Assembly (NCBI RefSeq): GCF_016432865.1
Contig: NC_067401.1
Span: 450,802,001 to 450,866,000, forward strand
Direction: 5' to 3'
Length of the DNA: 64,000 nucleotides
DNA from: Antechinus flavipes
Lineage: Eukaryota
Part shown: one piece after another, positions 49,716 through 63,469 of the stretch
How the letters are laid out: each line of letters starts with the position of its first letter
Numbering within the stretch: position 1 is the stretch's first letter
The notes under the pieces: model-generated
Databases searched by the model: none
What the model was told of the DNA's origin: nothing
What the model saw: only the letters and a program-made list of their open reading frames with translations
Made by a program: the position numbers and the translations under genes

Positions 49716-50459
49716 GACTATGTGGGGTAAACAAAAGAGGTCTAGATTTGGGAACCAAGGGTCTCAGTCTTTGTCTGAACTAGTCACTTCATGACTATGG
49801 GTTTCATTTATTTCTTCTTTGAGTCAAGGAAGTCTGACTAGATGATAGCTAGGGTCCCGGATCCAGTAATCAACCTGCTTTCACCCTAAGGTTGAGTCAG
49901 TGCAAGTGACAGTTTCCCCAGCTTGCTGGATTTTCAGGGGGCTTGAGGGATACAAGGATTTATGAATATTAATCTGCACTTTTGGCCACAGTGAGGATAG
50001 TAGTGTGACTCCTTAATCTGATGGACCACAGTGATATAAGGAGAGAGGGGAAAAGGCTACCTTCTGCAGTCATATGGCCCTAGGAAAGGTGTTGTACATT
50101 TGTTTTTTCCTATCCAGGCGAAGGAAATACAGCCTTTCTCCAGCGTTGTGAGTTTCCAAAGGTCTGGATTGTGCCCGGCATCCTAAAATTTCTGGATCCA
50201 TGGATTTGTAGCCACAGAGAGCAAGACATAATCTGTAGGGATGACATTTGAGACCTAGGGGACCTATAGCCAAATTCATCCAACAAAGCAAAGCATCTGG
50301 ATATGAACCTAGTGGAACTAATGCTTTGTAGGAACTAAGTTTTGATTCAACTTCCCAGACCCTGGAGGTATAGAGTATATATACATTTGGTCCATATGTA
50401 GCAGTTGCTTAGTAAATGAAAAGAGAAGGGAATAAGCATTTCTGTATCACTACTACGTG

Positions 50460-50700
50460 GGCTGCTGGGAGCCATCATAGTGCACAGAATAATGGGCCTG
50501 GAGTTCTGAACATCTTCATGAGTTCAAATCTAGCCTCAGACATTTACTAGCCGGGTGACTCTGGACACGGCACTTGATGACTCAGTAAGAGAGAACAAGG
50601 CTAATCACTTTGTGTAATTCTGCCCTTTAAATTCACAAACAAGTCATGTTTACCACGAGTCCTCTTCAAAATCAAAGTGCAAACAACAACAGGGCTTCAA
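50460..50700 (+). mobile_element. RTE-tailed marsupial SINE (WALLSI-like)
   Basis: CORE head 'ggcctggagt...gagttcaaatctagcctcagacatttactagc' and tail 'cctttaaattcacaaacaagtc...cctcttcaaaatcaaagtgcaaacaacaac'. Confidence 0.7.
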
Positions 50701-52857
50701 GAAAGGGAACAGCAGAAGGATTCCAGTGCTTCTTTATTTGACAGTGATCAGACCTCATCACTTAAGAAAGATCCAGTCCAGTATTTCCCGGCAGTCATGT
50801 GTGGATATTCAATCATGTCATGGTACTCTCATCCCCTATATTTTCTTTTAGAAAAAGGGGAAACCAGCAATTTGGACTGTAATCTGATTGGTTATTATTG
50901 TTGTGGACAGAATTTAAATGATATCTCCCATCACTGAGCCAGATGACTTGTAGCTCGAGGACACAAAATTCAACAAGTCATGGCTGTTAAGTCTATATTT
51001 TGTTTCTTTTTTTTGTACAGATACTGAAGCCAGGATATTAGCTAACACCTGTTTATTGTTCTCAAAAAATATATTTCACTTTCACTTTCTTGTCATTGCA
51101 CAATATTTCCTTGAAATATAACACATTCCTATTTTGCAAATGGATTGCTTCAAAACAAATTGTCAGAATTTTCTTGCTCACACATTTAATTCCCTCCTGA
51201 ATGCAGAGTTTTCCAAACCTGTGGCAATTACCTGAAAAAAAGGAACAAAGAGTATCTGCAGCTACCCATGAGGCTTGCTCTTTCTTACTATGTTATGTGT
51301 TTTTAGGATGTCTACTGCACAGTTGGTGCTGAGTGGTTTCAGGCTCCCCTATTTATCACACCTAAATGGGGAATTAAACAGGGTTCTGAATGAGTTCTTT
51401 GTAATCAACCAGTTAATCATTCAATAAGAATTTATTATGTGCCACTATATGTCCGGTAAGTATCATGGTAGGCAATGATATCATGAATACATAAGTAAGA
51501 CAGACCTTGTCCTCAAGGAAATGATATTCAACAAGATAGACTCAGCATATCAATAAGTTAGTAAATTTAGGAAATATACTAAATAAATACAGTGATTTTA
51601 CAAAATTGGAGGACCCAGGGAGGTTCCTTGAAAAACATATGACCTAGACTTCAAGAAGCAGGGATAAGGGAGAGTATTACAGGGCCTAGGCAACCTGTGC
51701 AAGGGTCTGGAAGGACCCTTGAAACTCCCCTCCCCTGCTAGGGCAGGAGATGAAGTCCCATGTCCTTAAGACAACAAATTGAAACAGTTTGTCTAGATCA
51801 GAGGGAGAACTGAGTAATTAAACTGGGAAGATCAAGTGGAGTCATATTGTGAATATCTTTAAATGTCTAATCTAGGAGTTTATGCTTTGTCATAAAAGCA
51901 AAACTTCTGTCCAAGATGACTGACTGAATGGAGGCAAATAGAGAAGCTTCTCTGGACCCACTACAGCAGAAGTCTGAAATTTGCACCAGAATTAATAACG
52001 ATTAAGAAATCCAATGAAAAACTTATGATGAATTTTTATGGAGAACTGTACCAAAAAACTCACCCAAAAGTTCACAGGCAATAGCCTGTGTTTGAAATAT
52101 CTGGCACAAGGGTGGCTGCAAAGCCATGAACAAGTCTCATATCCTAATATGGTAAGCAATGGGCCAGAGACCTTAGAGACTGTAAGATCTGTGTCCATAG
52201 GGAGCAGGAGTGTAAGGCTCACCCATGAAAAATACAGTTTACATATAATTCCAACCCTATCTTGAGATGCCATAAAATGTTCTCAGGATTCAGGGTTCTG
52301 TACCTCAAAGATTCAGGAGCAGGACTCGCCTCCAGTGGAAGAGAAGACCTAGAAACCTAGGGAAAGGTCACTAGTGTCAACCTACCCAATTACTGTAGTA
52401 CTAGTACCTGAACTTGCAAAAAGCCTCACTTTAGTAGCTAAATATAGAGGGATTAAAAAAGGAATACATTGGAAAATAGAAAACAAATGTTGTGAATCTA
52501 TGAGTTCTCCCCAAAAGGAGAGAGCAACTCCAAACAATTTCAACAAGAGACTCTTTTAGTGGATTTTCTACACAGGTTCCATGAATATGCAGAAGTGGAA
52601 CAAGAGATAAAAATGAAATAGCAGCTCTTGAGGAAAGAATTGGAAGGAGAACAAATAGTTTAAAAGAAAGTAGCAAACCTTACCCAAGTAATGTACTCTC
52701 CAGGAGCAAGAAGGAATCAAACATAAATTAAAAACTACTAGAAATAGTAGAACAAGCTTAAAGGAAATAGAAGAAAATGTAAGCTATCTGATATAAAAAA
52801 CAACTGAGCTGGAAAAAAAGAGATAATAGAGAAAAGATAATTTATAAAGTCCTTTAG

Positions 52858-52861
<4 letters not shown>

Positions 52862-52898
<37 letters not shown>

Positions 52899-52910
52899 CA
52901 TATATATACA
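52862..52910. repeat. (TG)n(TA)n microsatellite
   Basis: Directly visible. Confidence 0.95.
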
Positions 52911-53267
52911 CTATATTTTATGTTCTCCATATTTGCATTATATAGATTCATATATATATATAATACTTATATGAAACATGTATTTTAAAGTCTTGATAAG
53001 GAAATATAAATAAAAACTTCCTGGATAATTAGAACACAGTAAAAATAGATTTTAAAAATTACTTCCTGAAGGAAACACCAAAAAGAAAAATCCTGACAAT
53101 GTCCTTAACAAAATCCAAAATTCGTATGTTAAAGAAAAAATTTCAAATTTTTCAAATGCAGATTATGCACATATGTGCTTGTTTATCTATATGTATGTAT
53201 AAAAATCAATATTGAGATAGATATGCACACATACATGGATACCCAGATTCATAAATGCATGACACAT

Positions 53268-53296
53268 GTACACACACACACACACACACACACACA
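53268..53296. repeat. (CA)n microsatellite
   Basis: Directly visible. Confidence 0.95.
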
Positions 53297-55859
53297 ACCA
53301 AAAATAGCATAATGAAACCTACAAAATCAAATGTGATCCAGTGACAGAAATGGACCTTCAGTTGCTTAGAGGATTTTGAGCATTTCTGATGAGCAAGAAC
53401 TTTGAAATTCAAATATAGGCACTAAGAAAAGCATTGAAAAGTAAATTTGCTCTTGCATTTGGAAAAAGCTGCCTAACATATTGCAATACTCTAATATGAG
53501 AAGACAAAAGTGTCCCATTAGAACCTCATTCTTTTCTAATGATATTGAGGGAGATAAGTAAGAAAAACAGAGCTCTTGGGTGTGCACTAGTTTTGTTCTG
53601 AATATTTGAACAAAAAAAGAATAAAAAACAGCAGTATAAAAATGGGGACAAAGGAGGTGAAACATTATTTCTCCTTATTTTAATGTTTGAGAAGAGAAGT
53701 ATGTAAACATGGATGGAGGAAACAAAAACATCAAAGAAACCTCATTCTTAGCTGATGTTGACAAATAGGGTCGAACACTCTTCAAGGCAAGCTCATTGTT
53801 GCCGTACATAAAACAAATAGGCTTATAGTCAAGATAATATGATTTCATACCTAACCTCAGACTTTCTAACTGTGTGACCCTGAGTAAGACACTTAACTTC
53901 CTTTTGATTCAGTTTTCTCAACTGTAAAATGGGGATAATAATAGCATTACCTCACAGGGGTGTTATAAAGATCAAATGAGATAAAATTTAAAAAGCATTT
54001 AGCATAATGCCTGGTACATAGTAGGAGCTAAATAAATGTATTTGCTCTCTCTCCTTCCTTCATGAACACACATATATTTAGATATAGTTTGGCATAGAGA
54101 TCCATAAAATTTGGCAGGGGAATAAGCAGAGATATAGAAAGGGATGTTAATGTGGAGGATGATATAGGGAAATGAATTTTTACCAAAGAATTCAACAATG
54201 ATCTCAAAAAGAAGGTTAAAAAGAAAAGAAAATGAAAAGAAAAAAAGAAAAGAGGCCTGATAATCTAATTCAATGTCCTTCAATTGGAGAAAGGGTAAAA
54301 ATTGTGGTATAGAAATTATATAGTATATTATTACACTGTAAGAAATTACAAGAGGTGATTTCAAAGAATCCTGTGTAATATGAACTATTACAACCAGGAT
54401 AATAACTCTTCATAAAGGGACAATAAAAAGCAAAGAAAAGGAAGTTATTAAACTTTAGAACTCTGAGCAATGCCACAACCAACTCTTATCTTCAGAGGAT
54501 CTGTGATGAAGCATTTTATCCACCTCCTGACCGAGAGAGGCTGGATGCAGATGATAGAAGGAGACATACCCATTGTAGGGATTCAAGTTGTTTCTTTGTT
54601 ATAAGAGTTGTTTTCCTTTCTCTTAGTTTTCTTATTAGAATTCACTTGGAGACTCAGAGATGGCAGTTCTGAAATCCTCCCCCAAAGAAATTCTTTTAAA
54701 ATATTTTTAAGGTAAAGAAAAGAATTTCATAAAACAATATGCATAAGAAGGCCAATTTTGAAAGCTGGGTGTGGAAGATAACATACTATTTTTAAAAGTA
54801 GCATGAAATGGAGATATAGGGTTTTAATTTACAACACAATTTTGTGCCCTTCTATGCATATGCAAATTCTCTTTTTTGATTTTTAATTTCAAAATAAAAA
54901 TATAAAATCAATTATAAATAATTTCAATTTTATACCCCCTTAGTGTTTCAAAGTGCAAGAATTATTGTGCCCATTTTATATATTAGGAAACTAATGTTCT
55001 TAGGAATTAAGAACCACAAAATAATGGTGTCTGAAGCAGTCCCCCCTATCTACAGGTGCAATGTGCTATCCATCATATTATGTTGTTTACAATCTAGATA
55101 CTTTAACTGAAAAACTTCAATTACATTAAACACATATTTTACCAGTGACGACTTCAGAAGAGCCATGAAATCTAGGACTCTTCATTCACTCCCTGGCTGT
55201 CTTCTCATCAGCCATTTAGCCATCATACAGTTTGTATATTTGACACATTTCCAGTTATGAAAACCTAATCTAATATTTTCACTGCTTCTAGGAAAGGGAT
55301 CCAATCTACTTCCCTGTGCCTCAATTCCTTGCAAATTCTCAAACTGAGATATCTTTCTGCTATCACTGTTCCACCGGATAAGTTGTTTCTACTCCTTTGG
55401 AAAATAAGCTTCCTGAGACCAGGAACTGTCTTTGCTTTAGTATTTGTATCTTTGGTATCTGTAACAGTGTTTAATGTCGAATCTTCTGCAACTTAGAATC
55501 GTAGAGTGTTACCATGGCCACTGAGAGTATGCAATTTGCCTAGTTTCATATAATGAGCATGTGTCGGGGTAGGATTTGAATTCAGGTCTTCCTGACTGTA
55601 CAGGTGGAACTTTAGACATGACATAAACTGCCTCTCACTACCATTCACACATATATTGTAAAAGAAGAACAGTAACTTTGGAGACATAGGAACTGCTAAT
55701 AAGGGAGAAATTATCAATATAGTTCTTGTTCCTTTCTTTGTTATAATTGCCATTTCTCTTGACTTTTCTACTTATTCCTCATCCTTTGATGATGTGCAGG
55801 AACCATTACCAGCAATGAATAATGTGCTTCCACTGCATTTCAGGAGGAAGATGTTTACC

Positions 55860-57130
55860 AGGAAACTCAGAAAGTTTCCAGAGTTTAATATAAAAAAGAC
55901 TATATTAATAGATGTAAAAACTTTAAAAGTTTTTAATAAAGCACAACACTCATTCCTATTAAAAACACTCAAAAGTATTGATATAAATTGATTTTTCTTT
56001 AAATTGGTAAAAACAAATTATTTAAAACCATCAGTAGTCATTACATGTAATGGGGATCTGCTAGAAGTCTTCCCAAGTGTGAAACAAAGATGCCTGCTGT
56101 CACCAATATTATTCAGTGTTGTATTGGAAAGCCTAACAATAGCAGTAAAGAAGAAAAAGAAATGGAATCAGAATAAGGAAAGAGGTAATAAAAGTATCTC
56201 CTTTTTTGCAGATGATATGATAATACGCTCGGAAAATCCCAAAGACTCAACTAAGAAGTTACTGATTTTAGCACAAAGTAAATCCACAAAAATCATCAGC
56301 ATTCCTATATATTACAAATAAAATTACAAGAAGAGATAGTAAGAAATACTCCACATAAAATAAGCCTAGACAGAATAAAATACTTGGGAGTACATCTATC
56401 AAAACAAACCTAGGAACTATATGAAAAAAAATTATAAAAAAGCTTTTTAGACAAATAAAAGAAGATTTAAATGGAGGAATATTACTTGTTTGTAGGTATG
56501 CAGAGCCAATGTAATAAAAATGACAATTAAATCTAAAATAATTTATATATTCAATACCATCCCAATTAAATTACCACATTTTTTTTTACTAAATTAGAAA
56601 TAGTAATAACAAAATTACTTTGGAAGAACAAAAAGTCAAAAATATCAAAGAAATTAATGAAAAATAATGTAAAGGAAGGAGATTCAGCAATACTGTATTT
56701 TAAACTATATTAAAAGGCAGCAATTATCAAAACTATCTTGGGCTAACTAAAAAGTAGCAAGGTAGATTTATGGAACAGAATAGACATACAATTTATAATA
56801 GCAAATAAATATAGTAACCTTGTATTTGACCAGTAGTAAAGACAATCTTTTGGGATTAGAATTCATTATTTGGTAAAAAAAAATTGTTGAGAAAACCGAA
56901 AACTAGTATGGTAGAAACTGGTTTAGACCGATGTCTTACACCATTTACCAAGATAAGGCTACATGATCTAAATATAAAGAGATATAAGAAAATGTGAAGA
57001 ACATGGAACATATTACTTATCAGACTTAAGAATAGGCAAACAATTTATGAATAAATGAGACACAGAGAATGAAGTTAGGTATAAAATGGATAATTTAAAT
57101 TATATTAAATTAAAAGATTTTATTCAAATA
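55860..57130 (+). mobile_element. Old L1 ORF2 fragment (RT to C-terminal part)
   Basis: ORFs 55794-55991 ('LIDVKTLKVFNKAQHSFLLKTL') and 56004-56321 ('SVKQRCLLSPILF', 'FFADDMI'). Same subfamily as 23490-24130. Confidence 0.9.
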
Positions 57131-58039
57131 AAATAAAGGTAGCCACGAGCAGATTGGAAAAAACATATAAGATTTTAAGTTATTATGAGTTTGTAGGATC
57201 ATAGATTTAGACCTAAAAGAGATCTTAGAAGCTACCAGCCCTACTTTCACATTGGGAGTCTTTGAGCCCCTGGCCTCTGATTCTAAAGCTAGTGTCCTTT
57301 CCATATACTTCTTGCAAGACTCTGGGCAAATCCCTTAACCCCTCTGTTCTTTCAAGCAATCCTCTAAAAATTTCAGAATAGGTGTTCATTTGTTTTTGTA
57401 GAAAGGTCTTTACTGGGAGCCTCCTATGAAAATGAAATTATGATCATAGTGACAAAAGGTATCATGGTATAGTAAAGAAGACAAAGACCAAGGAGATGAT
57501 GACTTACAAATGAAAATGGAAAAGGAAGGGGAAAAATTTTGGCTGCTCATTTCTACCCAGTTTGACATTATGATGGATATCAAGTCCATCAAAGCAATAC
57601 TGTTATTAGTAGGAATGGTCCAAAATTGAGATGATGCTATATTCAGGCAGTGACAGCAAATCATTGACTTCTGATGTCTGTATACAAATATCAAAGTACT
57701 CATAATAAACAAGATAAAGTAGAGAGCCAAACTCCAGGGGCAGGCTGGACCCCAAAAGGTAGCAGTGGCATTTGTTGAGAGGGTACTCAAGCCTGATATA
57801 TTGGCGAAACCCAATGTCAGCAGCTTCTTCAGCAAGGCTTGTTTAGTTAATGAGGCAACTTGGTGGAGTTCTCTAAGAAGCTTTTCCCAATCTCCCCTAA
57901 TGCTGATGTTTTCCCTCTGAGGTCACCCTCTATGTAATATCTCTTGTAATTACCTGGGGAATTACATCTGTGTCATCTATGAAAGTGTGGGCTCCCTGAG
58001 GACAAGGGCTTTCTTTGCTTTTTTTTGTATCCACTTTCA

Positions 58040-58290
58040 CTATATACAGTAGGTCTTTAATGAATGTTGACTGGTTGACTGGACTTGAATCAAGGAAGAA
58101 AGATTCAATTGTCACCTCAGACACTCATTAGCTGTGTTATACTGAACAAATTAGTTAATGGCTCTCGGACTCAGTTTCCCCATTTGTAAAATAACTCAAT
58201 AAAAAGAGTAGTGTTTACCTCATAGCATTATTGTGAGAGCCATGAACTAAGGAAGGTGACACTTTGCAAACTGTAGAATGCTGTACAGAT
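58040..58290 (+). mobile_element. MIR fragment preceded by an L2 tail
   Basis: 'ttagctgtgttatactgaacaa...ctcagtttccccatttgtaaaat...acctcatagcattattgtgag'. Confidence 0.7.
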
Positions 58291-59284
58291 GGCGGTTATT
58301 CTTATGGAAGGCAGACCCTTTTCGGCAGACATTTATTAAACACATAGACAAATAAACATGATTTATTGAGCACCTGCTCTCTGTCATACCCTGCTGAGGG
58401 CTGGAGGCATGTACAAAAAGTTACGAGTTCCTGTCCTCAGGACACTTGCATTATTTACAAAGAATTTTTTCTCTAATATGGCTATAGGTCTGTGATCTCT
58501 TTCTTGCCTGTTTTCTGATGATTCTTCCACAGATAGATGGAGGTCCAAACCTCTTCTCATCCCATACAATTTTTGTCCAGATTTCTCCACAGCTCCTCTA
58601 TAGAGTATGCTTCCAGTGTCTTGGAGGCCTTCCTCTAAGTTTGTGACAACCAGAGGAGAATTCACGTTGTCTAGCTCTCATTTCTTGCTTTTAATATCCA
58701 AGGGTCCATCTCAGCTACCATTTCTACATTTCCTTGATTTCTGAATGCAAGTCATGGCTGGTAATAGATTATAGCCTAATTTATACCCACAATTTTTTGC
58801 CAAGGTGTCAGAGTATAAATGTGGTCTCTCTACTAACAATATGCATATAAGAACGCTTTCATGCTGGGAAAGCAGGCCAGTTAGGGTTTTTTTTTTTTTT
58901 AATCCAAGTAAATTACATCCCCAAGAAAATCTGTTTTGCAGAATGAAATTTTCACTATGGCCAATCAAGCTGCTCCGTTTTTGGCAGTCAGCAATGCAGC
59001 CATGGAAATGCCATTTAAGGAAATGAAGTTAGGAAGAGTGGCTGGGCAAGCACTAGAATGAATAGAAAAATCTGGGCCAGAAAGGGATCAATTTCCAAGA
59101 CAGTTAGGATGCTTTGGGAAGAAATTTCTCACTGTTATACATCTTGCAAATGTCTCTTTATGAGGACCTCCATTGAGAAGAATCCATTGCTTATTCCACT
59201 TATGAGCATCTGTAATTATAAATAAGTTTTCCTGTTATCAAGCCAGATGCTATCCTTTGCTTCCATATTTGGGGCCCAGCAGAT

Positions 59285-59530
59285 TGGTCTAACACCTTTC
59301 TCTCTCATGATAGCTCTCCAAATACTTGAAAACAACTATCACTCTCCATTCTCCTCCAGTTCCTTTAACTCATCCTATGTGGACGTGCCAGGACCTGTGG
59401 GCCTATCATCATTCTGGTTGATGTCCTTCACGTGTTCTTGAGTTGACTGATGCTTTTCCTAACTTGTGGTCCCCAGAGTTGAACCCTCTGCCCCAGATAG
59501 ACATGGTTGGATCAGAGAAGGGTAGAGAAG
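59285..59530 (-). mobile_element. CR1/L3 fragment
   Basis: 'ccaaatacttgaaaacaactatc...ccagttcctttaactcatcctat...ttgtggtccccagagttgaac' matches antisense L3. Confidence 0.75.
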
Positions 59531-61129
59531 GGTAGTTTGCTATCTATGACTCCATTCAGATGAAAGTTCCAAAGTCAATCTTTGTCATGAAAATGTGTTT
59601 AATTGACTCCTATTTGGAAGTTTATTTGGAAGCTTAATGACATAAAAGTTGATACTTCAAATATTGATTTGTGATGCTAGCACATCTATTTCAAGGAGAT
59701 TTTAGTTTTCCTTATATTGAAGACTTGCACATGTGGTACTCTAGAACCCCAAACCACATTTGTTACCCTAAGCACCAGGGCTTTTTGTTTCACAGCTTGT
59801 AAAAAGTTTATAGAGGGAAAATGGAAATATTACAATAATTTCTCCCTATGCAAAAATGCAACTCCTCTGTATAATGATATTCCCCTCCAAAAGAACTTCA
59901 AACAATAAACTGATTTTTTTCACAATTATTTTGTGCTGCCATCCAAGGCATTTCAAATCATAAATTTAAATAAAGGTTGAGTCTCCAAAAAGATGAAGGA
60001 AGCCTGTAGGAATGGCCTGGACTTTTGTGCACGTATGTTTAATGCTTGGTAATAATGAGATTTTTTTGTTCATGTAGATCCTGAAGAATATGTGTCTTTT
60101 CCTTCTCTTAGGAAACAAAACAAAATTAAACCCTGTATTTAAGGAGGGTAGGAATATAGTTCAGTTCAGCTTTAATAACGATGCTCTGAAAAGGGCCCTG
60201 ACTCCAGCCAGAAACCAAAGCTATTTAAAGCAAGGATGATAGCTGACTTTGCTGAGTCTCACTGGATAAACAAAGGTACCGTTTTTTTTAGAGAGGAAGT
60301 TATGTAATGAGGACCTGTAGGCATGCGGACTCTTGAGGAATCTGTTAGTTAAGCAAGTACAGTACAAATATGCAAATCCACCAAAAACTAATGTCTACAG
60401 CTTGAGGATATAATTCTTAATAATAACTTTATAGACACAGGTGTACAAATCAAACAGTTAGTACTGAAAATAGGCCCAAGGAGGCTAACAGTATTCACCC
60501 AGTCCTTCACTGAGACCCCCTGAGTTCTGGACGCGTGCATGTGGTCACTAGGGCTAGTTCCAGGAAAGCCTGTTTTCTAATGAAAAATGATCTACTCTTT
60601 AGATCTTTGCATCCACTCCCCAGACCAGAGCTCCAGGATAAACAATACATAAAGCTTTATTTTAGGCTTCTGTATAGGCAGCCCCCTGAGGGGGAATTAG
60701 AAAGGTACTCACTGTAAAATATGAATCCATTATGGGACATGTATTTATTTCCTAAACACAAAGGAATGCTAAACACTGAGATTAACAATTCTGACTTGGG
60801 TGAGCTCTAAAGCAGGCTATAGCAACTTAGAGCTATTGTTTTTGCTACTGGGAAATTGAGAAGTAAGGCTCTCAAAGCAGGAAGTGATTTGCAGAACTAC
60901 TATATTAGCACTTCACATTTCACCTCACCTATGCACCATCAGAACAATTTCTCAAGGGCCGTGTCTTCTGGAAAGCCAGAGCAAAAATTGAGCTCCACCT
61001 CAGTGCAAAAATTTCCCCACCAATATGACAGTCAATTGAAATGAAGGAACCAAAGGCATCTTGAATTCACAGGTTAGACACATTCAACCGTATGGTCTCT
61101 ATTCAATCATTTGTGCTCAGAGATGACTA

Positions 61130-61830
61130 GTCAAGAAGCATTTATTAAGTATTCCACTGCATATTAGGCTCTATACTAAGTGCTGGGGATAAAAAGAAAG
61201 GAAAAAGAGCGTCTCATCTCCATCTTTGTCTAAAGGGAGACAATATGCAAACAAATATATTACAGATTCTGTCAATAAAAAGTTATTTAAAAAATAAATA
61301 AATAAAATGAGGTTATTTAGGCATTTTATTTCTTTTCTGTCAACCTAAGTAATTTATATTTTCATAAACATCTATCTATTTAACTAAAAAAAACAAATAT
61401 ATTACAGATAAGAAGCATACAGGATAAGTGAAGAATGTCAATAGGGATCAGGTTGAGGCATTAAGGGGGAAATAATTTGTGTAAAAGATGAAATTTTATT
61501 TTGAATTTAAAGGAAGCCAGAGGAAGCTAGAGACAGAGATGAGCATGGAAAGAGTTCCAAGAATGGAGGATTATCACTGAAGATGTTCTTAGTTGGAAGG
61601 TAGAATGTCATCTTCAACGAACAGCAAGGAAGTCATTGTGGTTATATCAGAATACTTGGAGGGAAATTAGATTATGAAAACTGGAAAGGAAGGAGAGATT
61701 TATCCACTAAATAGAGAGATGGAATGCAGTTAGAAATAAGATTTAGTTGCTCATTAGATATGGGGGAGAAGTGAAATGAGTAAGGAGTCTAAGATGATAT
61801 CCAGTTTGTGTGTCTAAGCGATGGGTAATA
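61130..61830 (-). mobile_element. L2 3' fragment
   Basis: Tail 'agtcaagaagcatttattaagtatt...ctaagtgctggggataaaaag' and body 'tgaatttaaaggaagccagagg'. Confidence 0.75.
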
Positions 61831-62369
61831 GAAGAATTAAGAAGATGGAAAGATGATGAGAAACAAAGAAAAGCAAAGTGGAAATAAAAATGTGTGGATT
61901 AACCAGCCAGCATTAATTAGGTTTTAGTTAGTAGTATTGAATAAAATGGAAGAGTAAGAAGATTAGAAAATGTTTTCCCTAAATATCTAGGAGCCATCAC
62001 AATCACTCCCAAGGATATACTAAGGAAAGGAGAGCACATGTGTCAAAGGTGGCTAACTCTGAGCTCTGAGTTGGAAGTCATTTTCTCCCTTGCTGGAGAC
62101 CTTGCTGAGTTCTCTTGTGGTGTGTATCCCTTGGTAGCAGTGTATGGGGCGCTCAGGGAGGACTCCTTTGGTGGGAAAGATTTCAGAGCCTTTCAGGATT
62201 GCTCATTCTCCTTTGGTGGTCACCTGACACTCAACTCTCCCCTGTGACTACAAAAAGCTATGCCATGTATAGCATCCACATACTGGTAAAACTCTCAGCA
62301 AACCAGCTCAACCAGATTCAGCGTATCTGACAGACCTAAACCTGTTGGTGAATTAGATGGATGTCTATT

Positions 62370-62630
62370 CCAGGCAGGTGAAGACTTTCTTCGGTGGAAC
62401 GGACAAATGAAAACAGAAACAGCTGCTGTGAAACACTTAAAATTGGTCCGCAGCATCCTGGGCCAGGTGTTTTGACTTTGTCTTGCTACTGGACTATGAT
62501 GACTCTGGAAGAGAGAGTGAGGCTGATGATTTTGTGCGACTCCGCCTTACTTCAGTGCAATTTATGAGCAACAAGACATTACTCCATGATGTCATTGGTT
62601 TTCTTTGAAAATGAAGGATCAACAATACCA
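62370..62630 (+). mobile_element. RTE-derived 3' end (WALLSI/RTE family)
   Basis: 'ctggactatgatgactctggaagagagagtgaggctgatgattttgtgc...gatgtcattggttttctttgaaaatgaagga...aacaa'. Confidence 0.75.
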
Positions 62631-63469
62631 GTTCTCTGATGCATTCAGAAGAATGTACCTTCACAGAGTCTTGAAGCTAACATTCTTTCATAGTTTTTCT
62701 TTGGTTACTGGTGCAAATGTGACCGTCAGCCACTGCTGTTCCAGGATCAGTCCTGTGATGGGAAATGCAAATTTTCATCTTTCACATTTCACAAGTTCAT
62801 CCTCTGGTTAAGGTGGGAAGAGTGTGATATTCTGCAGATTTACTCCATCCTGCCTCCATAGCCTCTGTTAAAGGTTCAAGGGTTCTGCCTCCTCAAAACT
62901 TTCTTAAAACGTTTTCAAAACAATTCCTGGGATGCTCCTGCTTGAATTTTCTTTTGAGATATACATAGTTCTTTCTTTTAATTAATCATAATGTATTTCA
63001 TTATCTGATTTCATCTAAGGGCTCAAAGCATTTAAATCCTTCCCATACAAATTTATTAGATTGTTCCTACCTAGTTTATAGCTTTGATTGATTGGCTCAA
63101 TAGTAAGAAGTGTTTAGGAATTGCTCATCTCTTCTGAAAGAGCTCACCCAGCTCAATCAAAAAGGCTGTCTTACTCATAAACATATCAGTGTGTAAATAT
63201 CTTGTCAGTTATATTAATTGAGCTTTGGGTCTGGGACATTCCTCTTCCATATAAAAGAATCAGTCCCTTTGTATGATCTCAAGAAAATCTTGTTTTCTTC
63301 TAGGTCATTTTCCTTAACAGAGACCAGGAAAATATTAAGGCCATGACCACCTCTTAGGAACTTGATTCACTTTGGACAAGTTCTTTAACTTGATAGTGAA
63401 AAGATTGGACATCATAATAATTAAGAATAGGTGGAAGAAAACAAACATGAAGCATTTAAAATTTTCCTA

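Larger units (their letters stand above)
51905..54900 (+). mobile_element. L1-derived element: 5'UTR + ORF1 followed directly by an L1 3' end (HAL1-like), with MIR insertion at ~53810-54050
   Basis: 5' 'tccaagatgactgact'. ORF1 RRM-like 'cttcctgaaggaaacaccaaaaagaaaaatcctgacaatg' and C-terminus 'gaggattttgagcatttctgatg'. L1 3' end from ~54270 'gtccttcaattggagaaaggg'. Confidence 0.6.

Noticed and set aside
49252-49758. 168-aa ORF as a domesticated L2 protein
   Set aside because: Only the two ends are in the L2 ORF2 frame. The middle is out of frame, so the open frame is accidental.
57500-57575. 'GKILAAHFYP' resembling a matrix metalloproteinase 'LAHAFYP' motif
   Set aside because: Flanked by stops, no zinc-binding HExxH motif, and no exon boundaries.
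57410-57835. 141-aa minus ORF as a GPCR-like fragment (NxS/T sites plus hydrophobic helix)
   Set aside because: It lacks the GN, LAxxD and DRY motifs, and the resemblance is superficial.
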